Shown piece by piece: positions 39,529 to 51,323 of a stretch of DNA of 64,000 nucleotides (its first letter is position 1; each line of letters opens with the position of its first letter). The stretch lies in the NCBI GenBank assembly GCA_963784195.1, contig CAWARA010000031.1, positions 124,113 to 188,112 of the forward strand. Reading direction: 5' to 3'. The position numbers were made by a program, and so were the translations under genes. Source of the DNA: an uncultured Acidobacteriota bacterium (lineage in GTDB: Bacteria > Acidobacteriota > Vicinamibacteria > Vicinamibacterales > 2-12-FULL-66-21). The notes under the pieces were generated by a model. It was not told where the DNA came from. It saw nothing but the letters and a program-made list of their open reading frames with translations, and ran no database searches.

Positions 39529-39940
39529 GGCAGGAGGGGACGAGGGGACGGAGGGAACGGAACAAGCTTCAACTCGGAGACTCAGAGCAACGGAGTTCCT
39601 CTAACCTGAGCGCTCGGAGCCGATGCCGGCCCGGCCGTAGGCCGGGCCGGGCGATCGACCGACACCCCGCGGGCACAAGCCGCCTCCACCCTTCGCCCGC
39701 GGCTTGTGTCCGCGGGGTGTCGGTCGATCGCTCGCCGCGCTGCGCGCGGCGGCATCGGCGGGTTGGCGCGTGGTGTCTCGTGGCCTGTCACGAGATGTGT
39801 AGGATCATCAGGCCACGGCCGGCCGGCGATTCCCGCCGCGTGCACGGCGGCGCGTCGTCCGCGCGCTGAAGCCGCTTGCCTCCGTTTCTCCGAGTCTCTG
39901 AGTTGAAGCTTGTTCCGTTCCCTCCGTCCCCTCCCCCTGT
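39529..39940. repeat. MITE-like nested palindromic element, about 410 bp, with about 45-bp terminal inverted repeats and about 7 internal GC-rich hairpins
   Basis: Left arm 39541-39586 'cgaggggacggagggaacggaacaagcttcaactcggagactcaga' is the reverse complement of right arm 39888-39935 (one mismatch). An internal 30-bp stem cgaccgacaccccgcgggcacaagccgc//gcggcttgtgtccgcggggtgtcggtcg and several shorter hairpins are present. CTAGG flanks both ends. Confidence 0.6.
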
Positions 39941-39960
39941 GCCCTCCGTAGAACTCCTCC

Positions 39961-41424
39961 CTAGGACGACTTGGCGAGTACTTCCTTTTTCTTCTCGGCT
40001 GCCGGCTCGTGGAGGAAGACCTCAGCCAGTTCCGCAATCTTGAGGCTGATGTCGGGGCCCGAGAGGTCGCCGAACTTCTGACGGAAGCGTTCGATCGGGA
40101 CGACGGCCTTGGCCATCGCCCGATGACCACCGGCGCTGCCAACGTCGCCGAACCACCGCCGCACGAATTCCCCGGCGTTCCTGGAATACCCGAGGTTCCG
40201 CACGCTCACGATGAGCGAGCCGTTGACCACGCCTGCGACGATCGTCCACTTCACGTCTTCGAGCTGCAGGAAGAAATCAGCGGTGTAGGGGATGAAGTCT
40301 TCGCGTGGCGCTTCGCCGATGAAAGCGCTGAACACCTGCTCGCGCATGATCCCGCCCTGGCTCGCGCGTGTCACATATTCCAGCCGCTCGAGCGTGATTT
40401 CCGCCCCCTCCATCTTGCGGATGAGCGCCGCGTCGGCCAGCGGATACAGGAACGTGAACGCCTCGAGATCCACCCGGTTGGTGTGGCGGGCGAAGAACAG
40501 CGTGTCCGACTTGATCGCGTAGAGCATTGCGGTCGCTGTGCGCTCCGAGATGTTCACGTCGACGGCCCTGAGATGCTCGGTCAGGATGGTGGACGTTGAC
40601 CCGTAGTCGGCGCGGATGTCCTTGAAGACGGCGCTGTAACCGGGCTGCTCGGGATGATGATCGATGACGAGATCGGCGCGGTCGAGCAGACCGCCGAAAT
40701 AATGCGGCTGCACGTCGACAGTTGCGATACGTTCGAACTCTTCGAATGATGCCGGCGTGATGCGCTCGACGTGGATGTCGAGCATGTTGGCCATCCGCAG
40801 GTTCTCCGGCCGTGTGACGCCCTGCATGGCGCCGATGATCGCCGTCGTTTTGGTTCGGCGCAGCAGGTTGCGAAGCGCGAGGCCGCTGGCCAGCGCGTCA
40901 GGATCCGGATCGTTGTGCAGGAGGATCAGCACGCGATCGGCGTCGGCAAAGTAACGCTGATACTGCTGCACGCGCGCGCGCGTCATCGAGCGGCTCAGCT
41001 CCGTCACCAGCGTCGGGCGAATCAGCTCGGCGACGTCCATGTGCGTGACGTCAGCCATCGCCTCCCGCGCCGCCTCGGACATGCGCGTGTTTCGCGGACC
41101 GGTGTGCAGCACGTAAATCAACGTGCCTCCCGCGTCACGCACCGCAGACACGACCTTGTGGATGCTGCGGCGTCCGTTGTCTTCGATGATGAAACAGGTG
41201 CTGGGGGAGATGTCCGCTTTCAGGTAGGTATCGATGCGGCGCGGGTCGGCGGCGCTTATGCGGATGCCGGCGTCGTGGAGGCGCCTGGCCAGGGGGCGGC
41301 TTTCCACGAGGAAATCCACCTCGAAGCTCGGGAGCAGCACGTCGTCCAGCGAGCGAATGACCAGCTCGTCTTGACAGATGGCGAGGACGCGCACGTCAGC
41401 CGAGCCTCCGGTAGCGGCTCGCAC
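39961..41424 (-). CDS. DHH-family phosphoesterase (DHH + DHHA1) with an extra N-terminal domain of about 150 aa
   Basis: DHH motif region (ILLHNDPDPDALASG, VIDHH) and DHHA1 (GGHRAMAKA). Confidence 0.75.
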   Translation of the reverse strand: MRAATGGSADVRVLAICQDELVIRSLDDVLLPSFEVDFLVESRPLARRLHDAGIRISAADPRRIDTYLKADISPSTCFIIEDNGRRSIHKVVSAVRDAGGTLIYVLHTGPRNTRMSEAAREAMADVTHMDVAELIRPTLVTELSRSMTRARVQQYQRYFADADRVLILLHNDPDPDALASGLALRNLLRRTKTTAIIGAMQGVTRPENLRMANMLDIHVERITPASFEEFERIATVDVQPHYFGGLLDRADLVIDHHPEQPGYSAVFKDIRADYGSTSTILTEHLRAVDVNISERTATAMLYAIKSDTLFFARHTNRVDLEAFTFLYPLADAALIRKMEGAEITLERLEYVTRASQGGIMREQVFSAFIGEAPREDFIPYTADFFLQLEDVKWTIVAGVVNGSLIVSVRNLGYSRNAGEFVRRWFGDVGSAGGHRAMAKAVVPIERFRQKFGDLSGPDISLKIAELAEVFLHEPAAEKKKEVLAKSS

Positions 41425-41524
41425 GTGCGGTCCGCAAAGCGCTCATGGGCAACTACCGATTATACGCCACTCCGCGTGAAACGGCGGCGGTAAGCCGGCG
41501 CCGTTTGAGGGGTGTACCATCTCG

Positions 41525-43996
41525 ATGAGAAACCCTGTGCAACTTCTTCCACTTCTGGCGTGGACGCTGCTGCCGGTCATGCTGGCGGGGGACGCCCGAG
41601 CCCAGCCGCCCTGCGCAACCTGCGTGGCGATACTCGTCCCGGCAGGCGCCGCCGACCTGCTTCCCGGTGGGCTCGATGGCCTGACAGTGATCGTGGAGGT
41701 GTCTCCAGGCGAAGAGCAGAGAGCAGCAGGGAGTGTCGACTTGATTCGGCGCAAAGGCGGGAAGGCCGGAGTGCTCGTCACAGGTGCGTCCGAAGCATCG
41801 ACCAATTTGCCGCGAGTCGATCTGCTAATCGTTGACGTGAGCCGGGACCGGGCGAATGAGGGGACACCGTTCGAGCTTCGGAAGCGGCTGGCCGCCCTTC
41901 GGGGCGAGCTCCCCGCTGGGCGCCTCGGCATCTTGATGGCGTCGGCTTCCGATTCCGGAAGTCTCGTTCACGAGCTCGCCCCGTATGTGGATTTCGTCGT
42001 CTGGGGCAATGGGCCGCCGGCCTCTTCAGTTACTGCAGTCTGGCAACACGGCGGCGAGGTAAGTAGCGCCCTCGATGCGATGAATCTGACGAGAGCCAGC
42101 AGTGCTGAAAACGTGCTCGTTCGTCCCACGCTCGACAGCCTCACCCGGACGGTCTCGGATCTCGTCCACGCGAGATCGATGCTTGCTTCACACCTCGACG
42201 TGGTCGCGGCACGTGCATTGAGGATTGACGAGATCGTCGCGAGGCATCAGGCGTCGGTGGCGAGACAGGCGGCACGCATTCACTCGCTCATCTCGACCGG
42301 GACGCTGACGGTGACGTTCGAGGCGCCAGGTTTCCCGGCGCCAATCACCGTCAGCGCCGAATCGATCGCCTACGCAGTTGGCCCGCACGCCGACATCGAA
42401 TTGCGCTCGGTGCGCGTCAACGGGATCGAGTTCCGGGGCTCGGGCATTCCGCGTCTCCCAATCATCGAGCCTGAACGCGTCTCGACGCCTCCACTGACGA
42501 TCGCGTTGACGGACGCGTACCGTTACGAGTTGCGCGGCACCGACGAGGTCGAGGGGACTCGATGCTACGTCGTGGACTTCGAACCTGTCTCGCGAAAGGG
42601 TTCGTTCTTTACGGGCCGGTCGTGGATCGATGTCGAGACCTTCGGCCTGGTCCGTGTCGAGGCGCGTCAGACCGGTTTGCGCGGGCCGATCGTCGCGTCC
42701 GAGCAGGTTGACGAGTACCGCCGCGCGAGCGGGAATCTCTGGCTGCCCAGCCGCTCTCATGTGAAGCAGCTATACGAAGGGGCTGCGCACCGGACGCCTA
42801 TCGATCGCGTGCTCGTTACGGCGAACCACGAGATTGATGCGCCGGATTTCGAGACGCGCCGACTGGTCGCACACGCGTCCAACGCGTTGATGCTGCGCGA
42901 CAGCCCTTCGGGCTTCCGGTATGTCCGGCCATCGACGGACGCCGGGATCCGGCCGTCAGGCGCGCCAGCCGAGACTGAGCCCGACGCCGGCGATCGCGCC
43001 AGTCATGTCCGGACGATCGTGATGGGGGCGATGTTCGATCCGAACATCAGCTATCCACTTCCATTTGCCGGCTTGAGCTACGTCGATTTCGATCTGTTCG
43101 GCACGGGAACGCAGCTCAACGGCTTCTTCGGCGGGTCGTACGGACAACTGGCCATCTCGGTGCCGTCGCTCGGAGGCACCCGCTGGCAACTCGGCGGCCG
43201 CGGGTTCGCGATCCTGACATCGTTCAACGACCGGTCATTCGTCGACGGCCGCGAACGCTATGACGCGAACATCAGCCAGCGTCCGGCGCACGGTTCAGTC
43301 TGGCTCGTTCGCCCGCTGACGACGCGGGTGTCGGTCAAGGCGGGATACGAGCTGGACTACGTGCGGTACCGCGCCAACGACACAACGGCAGACACGTTCG
43401 CCGTCCCCGCCGATCAGCTCGTCCATGGCTTCCGCGCATCGGTCGAGGCTCAGCGGGGCGGCTGGCGGGCGAGCGCATGGTGGAACCCCGCCGTCCGTTC
43501 CGGCTGGCGTTCATGGGGGGCGCTCGAGAACAGCGAGTATCGCGCCGATCATCACGACTTTCAGCGGGCCGGCATCTCGCTGACGCGGATCACCGTGCTC
43601 TCTCCGGCGCTCGTGGTTCGAGGTGAGGGGAGCTGGATGATGGGCCGCGACCTCGACCGGTTCAGCCGGATGGCGTTCGATGCATTTGAGAATCGTCTTC
43701 GTGGTTTTCCTGCGGCCCTGATCCGGTATGATCGCGGCGCGGTGCTGCGTGGCACCGCCGCCTGGTCGCTCGGATCGCGAATGCGCCTGGACGGGTTCGT
43801 GGATACGGCGTTCGTCCACGACCCGGGACTGAGTGACGGATTGACCCGGCTGACCGGTGTCGGAGGCGCACTCGAAGTGCCGGCGCCCTTCGGCATGCTC
43901 GTCGCTGCGGAGTGGGGCTACGGCATTCAGGGACGTCGCGCCGACGGCGGCCGGGGCACACAGGTCGTCCGCATCACGGGTTACAAGATTTTCTGA
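41525..43996 (+). CDS. Large secreted/outer-membrane protein: signal peptide, a LolA-like central domain, and a C-terminal predicted beta-barrel ending in ...YKIF
   Basis: Signal peptide MRNPVQLLPLLAWTLLPVMLAGDARA. A C-terminal aromatic residue (F) is typical of OMP barrels. No close family recognised. Confidence 0.55.
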   Translation: MRNPVQLLPLLAWTLLPVMLAGDARAQPPCATCVAILVPAGAADLLPGGLDGLTVIVEVSPGEEQRAAGSVDLIRRKGGKAGVLVTGASEASTNLPRVDLLIVDVSRDRANEGTPFELRKRLAALRGELPAGRLGILMASASDSGSLVHELAPYVDFVVWGNGPPASSVTAVWQHGGEVSSALDAMNLTRASSAENVLVRPTLDSLTRTVSDLVHARSMLASHLDVVAARALRIDEIVARHQASVARQAARIHSLISTGTLTVTFEAPGFPAPITVSAESIAYAVGPHADIELRSVRVNGIEFRGSGIPRLPIIEPERVSTPPLTIALTDAYRYELRGTDEVEGTRCYVVDFEPVSRKGSFFTGRSWIDVETFGLVRVEARQTGLRGPIVASEQVDEYRRASGNLWLPSRSHVKQLYEGAAHRTPIDRVLVTANHEIDAPDFETRRLVAHASNALMLRDSPSGFRYVRPSTDAGIRPSGAPAETEPDAGDRASHVRTIVMGAMFDPNISYPLPFAGLSYVDFDLFGTGTQLNGFFGGSYGQLAISVPSLGGTRWQLGGRGFAILTSFNDRSFVDGRERYDANISQRPAHGSVWLVRPLTTRVSVKAGYELDYVRYRANDTTADTFAVPADQLVHGFRASVEAQRGGWRASAWWNPAVRSGWRSWGALENSEYRADHHDFQRAGISLTRITVLSPALVVRGEGSWMMGRDLDRFSRMAFDAFENRLRGFPAALIRYDRGAVLRGTAAWSLGSRMRLDGFVDTAFVHDPGLSDGLTRLTGVGGALEVPAPFGMLVAAEWGYGIQGRRADGGRGTQVVRITGYKIF

Positions 43997-44098
43997 AGAG
44001 CGGGAAGAGAGCGGCCGATGTCAACTCCCGACTCCCAAGCTCCGACTCCCAAGCAGAACACAGTCGATCGGCCGAGAGGTCATTGGGCTCACCGCAAG

Positions 44099-45070
44099 AT
44101 GGGAGTTAGAGGAGACCGCGTGAACGCGGTAACGGCTGTCGCTGCGTTCCTTGTCGTCGCCACTGCGGTGCCGTTGCTGGCGCAGACGTTCCGCGCCCGT
44201 GTCGACCTGGTCCACTTCCCTGTGGTCGTCACCGACAAGGAAGGCGCGCCGATCACGGGTCTCACGAAAGACGACTTCGAGATCGTCGAGCAGGGCAAGC
44301 CGCAGTCGATCACGTACTTCTCGGTCGGCGATCCGAACGACAGCAGCCGTCTCGGCGAGGTCCTTCCCCTGCACATCGGCCTGGCCCTCGACACCAGCGG
44401 CAGCATGGATCAGGACATCCACGAAGTCCGCACCGCGGTCGTCAAATTCCTCAACGCTAATCCAGCTGCGGTCGACGTCACCCTGGTGAACTTCGACACG
44501 GAAGTGCGCGTCTCGCGGTATGGGTCCAACGAGTACGCGCGGCTGATCGAGCGCATCCGGACGCGCAAGCCCGAGGGGTGGACGGCGTTCTATGACGCCC
44601 TGGGCGTCTACCTGAACGGGGCCGTGAGCCAGGACGGCCAGAAAATCCTGCTCGTCTATACCGACGGCGGCGACACCCGCAGCTCGCTGACGTTCTCCGA
44701 GCTGCTCGACCTGCTGAAGGCGTCGGACGTCACCCTCTACGCGATCGGCTATCTGGAGAGGCAATCGAGCTCCTCGCGCAACGAAGCTCGCATGCAGTTA
44801 CAGAGGATGGCGGCGATGACCGGCGGTCAGGCCTACTTCCCGGCGAGCGTCAAGGAGCTGGACCGGATCTACGAGAGCATCCAGAAGGAGATCGCGGCCC
44901 GCTACAGTCTGGGCTACATCTCGAGCGACGCACGCATGGACGGCAGCTGGCGGAAGGTGGAGGTCAAACTGAAACGAAAAGACCTCAAGAACGTGAAACT
45001 CCGCACCCGATCGGGCTACTTCGCTCCCTACCGCGAAGGATCCGGCTGGCTGTTCCCCCGCATCCCCTGA
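44099..45070 (+). CDS. VWA domain-containing protein (VWFA-related Acidobacterial-type domain)
   Basis: Signal peptide, a MIDAS-like DTSGSM, and the VWFA-related pattern (VNFDTEVR...GWTAFYDAL...TDGGDT). Confidence 0.75.
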   Translation: MGVRGDRVNAVTAVAAFLVVATAVPLLAQTFRARVDLVHFPVVVTDKEGAPITGLTKDDFEIVEQGKPQSITYFSVGDPNDSSRLGEVLPLHIGLALDTSGSMDQDIHEVRTAVVKFLNANPAAVDVTLVNFDTEVRVSRYGSNEYARLIERIRTRKPEGWTAFYDALGVYLNGAVSQDGQKILLVYTDGGDTRSSLTFSELLDLLKASDVTLYAIGYLERQSSSSRNEARMQLQRMAAMTGGQAYFPASVKELDRIYESIQKEIAARYSLGYISSDARMDGSWRKVEVKLKRKDLKNVKLRTRSGYFAPYREGSGWLFPRIP

Positions 45071-45160
45071 TCGACAACGGACTTATGGTACGATCGGCGG
45101 TTGTCGTCCCTGCCGTAGGGGACGTCTGTACTTCGCTGGGCATTGGCCAGGATCTTCTCC

Positions 45161-47170
<2,010 letters not shown>

Positions 47171-47175
47171 CGACC

Positions 47176-47949
47176 GTGCTGTCCCGTTTCGTCGAATGGC
47201 TGAAAGCCGCGTTGCTCGAGCTGCAGGAGTACGTCCTGATGCTCGGCAAGGTCGGACGCGGACTCACCAGCCGCCCGTTCTACTATCGCGACGTCATCGA
47301 ACAGTTCGAAGAGATCGGCATCGGGTCGCTCACGGTCGTTCTGCTCACCGGCATGTTCACCGGGATGGTGCTGGCGCTGCAGTCGGGCCTGACGCTCGAT
47401 CAGTTCGGCGCCCGGTCGATGGTTGGGCGCCTCGTCAGCGCGTCGATCGTCAAGGAGCTGGGGCCGGTGCTGACCGGCTTGATGGTGGCCGGGCGTGTCG
47501 GCTCGGGGATCGCCGCCGAGCTCGGCTCGATGGTCGTCACCGATCAGATCGCCGCCCTGCGGGCGTTGGGCACGGATCCGATCAGAAAACTGGTGCTCCC
47601 GCGCATTCTCGCCGGCCTCATGATGGTCCCGGTGCTCAGCGTCATCGCCAGCGCCGTCGGGATGGTGGGCGGCTGGGTCGTCACGGTGTTCCTGCTGCGG
47701 GTCGCGTCGTCTGTGTACTGGAATTCCGTGGTGACCGGCCTGTACATCCAGGATGTGTGGATGGGGCTGATCAAGCCGTTTTTTATCGGGTTCACGATCG
47801 TGAGCATCGGCTGTCACGTCGGGATGCGCGCTCACGGCGGTACGCAGGGCGTGGGCCGTGCGACGACAAATGCCGTCGTGGCCAGCTCGGTAGCCGTGAT
47901 CGCGGTGGACTTCCTCGTGACGCAGCTGCTGATCGTGCTGATGTACTGA
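47176..47949 (+). CDS. mlaE: ABC transporter permease MlaE
   Basis: MlaE/Ttg2B family sequence. Confidence 0.85.
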   Translation: MLSRFVEWLKAALLELQEYVLMLGKVGRGLTSRPFYYRDVIEQFEEIGIGSLTVVLLTGMFTGMVLALQSGLTLDQFGARSMVGRLVSASIVKELGPVLTGLMVAGRVGSGIAAELGSMVVTDQIAALRALGTDPIRKLVLPRILAGLMMVPVLSVIASAVGMVGGWVVTVFLLRVASSVYWNSVVTGLYIQDVWMGLIKPFFIGFTIVSIGCHVGMRAHGGTQGVGRATTNAVVASSVAVIAVDFLVTQLLIVLMY

Positions 47950-48803
47950 TGGACACCGGTGTCACTTCGCGTCACCCGTTGCTCGACGAGGCGCTGGCCC
48001 ACGGCGGCCCGATCATCGTGTTCGACGGGGTGTGGCTGGCCTTCGATGAAAAAGTCATTCTTCGCAACGTCAGCTTCACGCTGCAGACCGGTCATACGAA
48101 GGTCTTCCTCGGCGCCAGCGGTGCGGGGAAGTCGACGATTCTCAGGCTGGCGCTTGGCCTGCTCAAACCGGACGCCGGAAAGATCTTCGTCAACGGCGAG
48201 CAGATCGACGGGATGAACGAGGACGAGCTGATGTCGGTGCGTGCCGACCTGGGCATGGTGTTCCAGGAAGGCGCGCTCTTCGACTCCCTGACCGTCCGCG
48301 AGAACGTCGGGTACAAGCTGTTCGAAGAGCTGAACTGGCCCATCGATCGGGTCAACGCGCGCGTCGAGGAAGTGCTGGGGTTCATCGGCCTCGGCGACTT
48401 CATCGATCGGATGCCGTCCGTACTGTCCGGCGGTCAACGGCGCCGCGTGGCCATCGCCAGGGCGATGGCGGCGAAGCCGCGCATACTCCTGTACGATGAG
48501 CCGACAACCGGCCTGGATCCGATCATGTCGCTCACCGTGGACGAAGAAATCGTCAAGCTGCGCGACCTCGAGGGCGTGAGCTCGATACTCGTGACGCATC
48601 AGCTGCGCGATGCGTTCTACGTGGCCGAGCATACGGCGGTCCGCGAAGGCCGGAAGATCGGCCTCAAGCGCGCCGCTGGCGCGAAGGCCGACGAGGCGGA
48701 GTTCATCATGTTGCGCAACGGTGAAATCGCCTTCGAGGGGAACGCGTCGGAGCTTCGTCTCGCGGCCCGGAAAGACGACTACCTGCACGCGTTTCTGAAC
48801 TAG
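47949..48803 (+). CDS. mlaF: ABC transporter ATP-binding protein MlaF
   Basis: Walker A GASGAGKST, signature LSGGQRRRVAIARA, Walker B ILLYDEPT. The ATG overlaps the mlaE stop (TGATG). Confidence 0.8.
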   Translation: MDTGVTSRHPLLDEALAHGGPIIVFDGVWLAFDEKVILRNVSFTLQTGHTKVFLGASGAGKSTILRLALGLLKPDAGKIFVNGEQIDGMNEDELMSVRADLGMVFQEGALFDSLTVRENVGYKLFEELNWPIDRVNARVEEVLGFIGLGDFIDRMPSVLSGGQRRRVAIARAMAAKPRILLYDEPTTGLDPIMSLTVDEEIVKLRDLEGVSSILVTHQLRDAFYVAEHTAVREGRKIGLKRAAGAKADEAEFIMLRNGEIAFEGNASELRLAARKDDYLHAFLN

Positions 48804-48849
48804 CGAGGTTGCGCCCGGAGTTGCGGCGGTAACACATTGAAAGCTCACA

Positions 48850-49891
48850 ATGCCTAAGACACGCTCACTTGCCTGGTCCGAACTGAAGATTGGCATCGTC
48901 GCGGCCATCGCCGTCGGCCTCACGTCGCTGCTGGTCGTGTCCGTTGGCGGCACCGGCGGGTTCCCCTGGCAGCAATACCAGTTGAAGACGCGGTTCACCA
49001 ACGTGCAGGGCCTCAAAACGGGTGCCGTCGTCCGCGTGGCAGGTGTGGAAGTGGGGAAGGTCGACGAGATCAAATTCGTCGGGTCGGAGGTGGAAGTCGA
49101 TCTCAAAGTGAACAAGGATCAGCGCGAACGCATCAGGACCGAGTCACGCGCATCGATCGGTTCGCTCAGCCTCCTCGGCGAGCCGGTCATCGACATTACG
49201 CCGACGACACAGGGCACGCCGCTCGAGGACGGGGCGTTCGTCCCTTCGGTTCGCGCGCAGGGGCAGCTTTCCGACGTAGCAGCCGGTGCGACCGAATCAC
49301 TCGAGCAGGCAACCGCCCTGCTCCGCGATATCCGGGCTGGAAAGGGGACGGTCGGCAAGCTGTTCAGCGACGACCAGCTGTACAAGGAGATCACCGCGTT
49401 CGTGCAGGCGGCCGAAGGCGTGACCGAAAACCTGCGCAAAGGCGATGGGACGCTCGGCCGTCTGATTCGCGATCCGGCCGCTTACGAACGGCTCAGCACA
49501 TCGCTGGACAACCTGCAGGGCATCACCACGCGCATCAATTCCGGGGAAGGCAGCCTTGGCCGGCTCCTGACCGATGACGCGCTGGCGAAATCACTGACCT
49601 CGGCCTCGGGCAACATCGATCAGCTTGCCGCCAGCCTGCGAAAGGGCGAGGGGACCGCGGGAAAGCTGTTGACGGACCGGGAGCTCTACGATCGTTTCAA
49701 CGCGCTGGCCGGCCGGATCGACAAGGTCCTCTCGGACCTTCAAAGCGGCGAGGGCACTGCCGGCCGCCTGCTGCAGGATAAGCAGTTATATGAGAACATG
49801 AGTGCCGCGGTAGGAGAGCTGCGCGCGCTCCTCGGGGACATTCGCAAGGATCCCAAAGAAGTACTTGAACGTCCGGGTCAGCATTTTCTAG
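48850..49891 (+). CDS. mlaD: MCE-family protein MlaD with five about 35-aa C-terminal repeats; an apparent +1 frameshift 40 nt before the native stop
   Basis: TM + MCE domain. Frame 1 ends '...IRKDPKEVLERPGQHF...' and runs to 49947. Frame 2 gives the family-typical 'KYLNVRVSIF*' (stop 49889-49891). There is an extra base in 'cccAAAGaag'. Confidence 0.7.
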
Positions 49892-49922
49892 TGTCTCGAG
49901 GACACTCGCCGGAGAGCAGATC

Positions 49923-50225
49923 ATGGCCAGAGACGACGCGGGAGTAGCGGGAACCATCATCGTGTCATTCCTGCTGGGCGCAGTCGCGGGAGCAGCGGTT
50001 GCCCTGCTCGTCGCGCCCGCGACCGGCGACGAGATGCGGCGAATCCTGGCCGAGAAGGCGAAAGAGGGCCGCGATCGCGCGACCGATGCCGCCAGGCAGG
50101 GACGCGAGTTCGTGAACAAGCAGCGCGACACGCTGACGTCGGCCATCGACCGCGGACGCGAGGCCTATCAGCAGGCGCGCGGCGGAGGCGAGCCCGGCCC
50201 GGCAGGCGGTGGGCAGGACCTGTGA
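49923..50225 (+). CDS. YtxH-like membrane-anchored protein
   Basis: N-terminal Gly-zipper TM (GTIIVSFLLGAVAGAAVALLVAP) and a charged helical tail. Confidence 0.6.
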   Translation: MARDDAGVAGTIIVSFLLGAVAGAAVALLVAPATGDEMRRILAEKAKEGRDRATDAARQGREFVNKQRDTLTSAIDRGREAYQQARGGGEPGPAGGGQDL

Positions 50226-50647
50226 GCTGGAACGAAGCTTTCCTCGGCGTGATTGCGCTCGCGACGCTGATCATGGCGCTCATCCAGATCGGCGCCGTGA
50301 TTGCCGCCGCTCGCATCGCAAAGCAGGCGCAGCAGGCCCTGACGACGGTGCAGCAGGACATCCGGCCGCTCATCGCCAAGGTGAACGCTGTGGCCGATGA
50401 GGCATCACGGACGGCAACGCTGGCCACGGCACAGGCGCAGAAGTTCGATCGGCTGGTAACCGACCTGTCCCAGCGCGTCGAGGAAACGACCGCGATCGTC
50501 CAGCAGGCGATCATCATGCCCGCCCGGGAAGGCATTGCGGTCGTGGCCGCCCTCAAGGCAGGGCTGAGCGCGCTCCGTGGCTTCCGGGACACGCACCCGC
50601 GGCATGGCCGAACCGCGGACGAAGAAGATCCCCTGTTCATCGGTTAG
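50222..50647 (+). CDS. DUF948-like membrane protein
   Basis: N-terminal TM plus coiled coil. GTG 50222 overlaps the preceding stop (GTGA). Confidence 0.55.
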   Translation: MSWNEAFLGVIALATLIMALIQIGAVIAAARIAKQAQQALTTVQQDIRPLIAKVNAVADEASRTATLATAQAQKFDRLVTDLSQRVEETTAIVQQAIIMPAREGIAVVAALKAGLSALRGFRDTHPRHGRTADEEDPLFIG

Positions 50648-50727
50648 GCCAACCGGCGCCCCTGACGAATTGACGACCTCGGGTGCTGAGTGGTAGAACG
50701 TGACCTTCCATTCAGCCGAGGTTGCCC

Positions 50728-51306
50728 ATGACTACATCGAGCCTGATCTCTCACCGCGGTCGGGCCGCGGCGGTGGCCATTCTGACCGTTACGGTCGGTG
50801 TTGCCGCAGCCGTCCGACCTGCAGTCGCCCAGGAATCGAAATCAGCAGCCGCCGCCAAGGCGCTGGTGCAGGCGCTCGACGCCGCCAAGCTCGAGGCGAT
50901 CGCGGCCGCCGATCCCGCCGACCCGGGCACCTTCGTCGCCGCCCTCTATTTCCCCGGCTCGCAGATTCTGGTCGTGTCTGCGAAATACGCCGCGCCGCCC
51001 CTTCTCACGACCAAGATGGCCGCCAAAGAGTTCCGCGATATCTACATCGATCTGAACTCGGCGTCGGTTGCCGGCACCAAGGTGTTCGTCATCGATCAGG
51101 GCGTTGATGGCCTTGTCGCGAAGCCTGAGGGCAGCCAGGCCGCCGACACCTACGAGAACGGCAAGACGACGCTGGCGTTCGACGGGGACCATAAGAAAGC
51201 CAAGATGAGCGAAGAGGAATACATGAAGGTCTTCGCGTCCGCGGACGAGCGGTACGCGAAGATCCTCGCCCTCCTCGCGGCGCAGGCAAAGGCGCCGAGT
51301 CCCTAG
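50728..51306 (+). CDS. Secreted hypothetical protein
   Basis: Signal peptide (AAVAILTVTVGVAAAVRPAVAQ). No recognised domain. Confidence 0.5.
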   Translation: MTTSSLISHRGRAAAVAILTVTVGVAAAVRPAVAQESKSAAAAKALVQALDAAKLEAIAAADPADPGTFVAALYFPGSQILVVSAKYAAPPLLTTKMAAKEFRDIYIDLNSASVAGTKVFVIDQGVDGLVAKPEGSQAADTYENGKTTLAFDGDHKKAKMSEEEYMKVFASADERYAKILALLAAQAKAPSP

Positions 51307-51323
51307 ACTCACTGCCTTCGCTG

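Noticed and set aside
39381-40142. ORFs of 162 and 186 aa spanning the palindromic element
   Set aside because: They run through nested inverted repeats. The sense and antisense translations mirror each other and have no start context.
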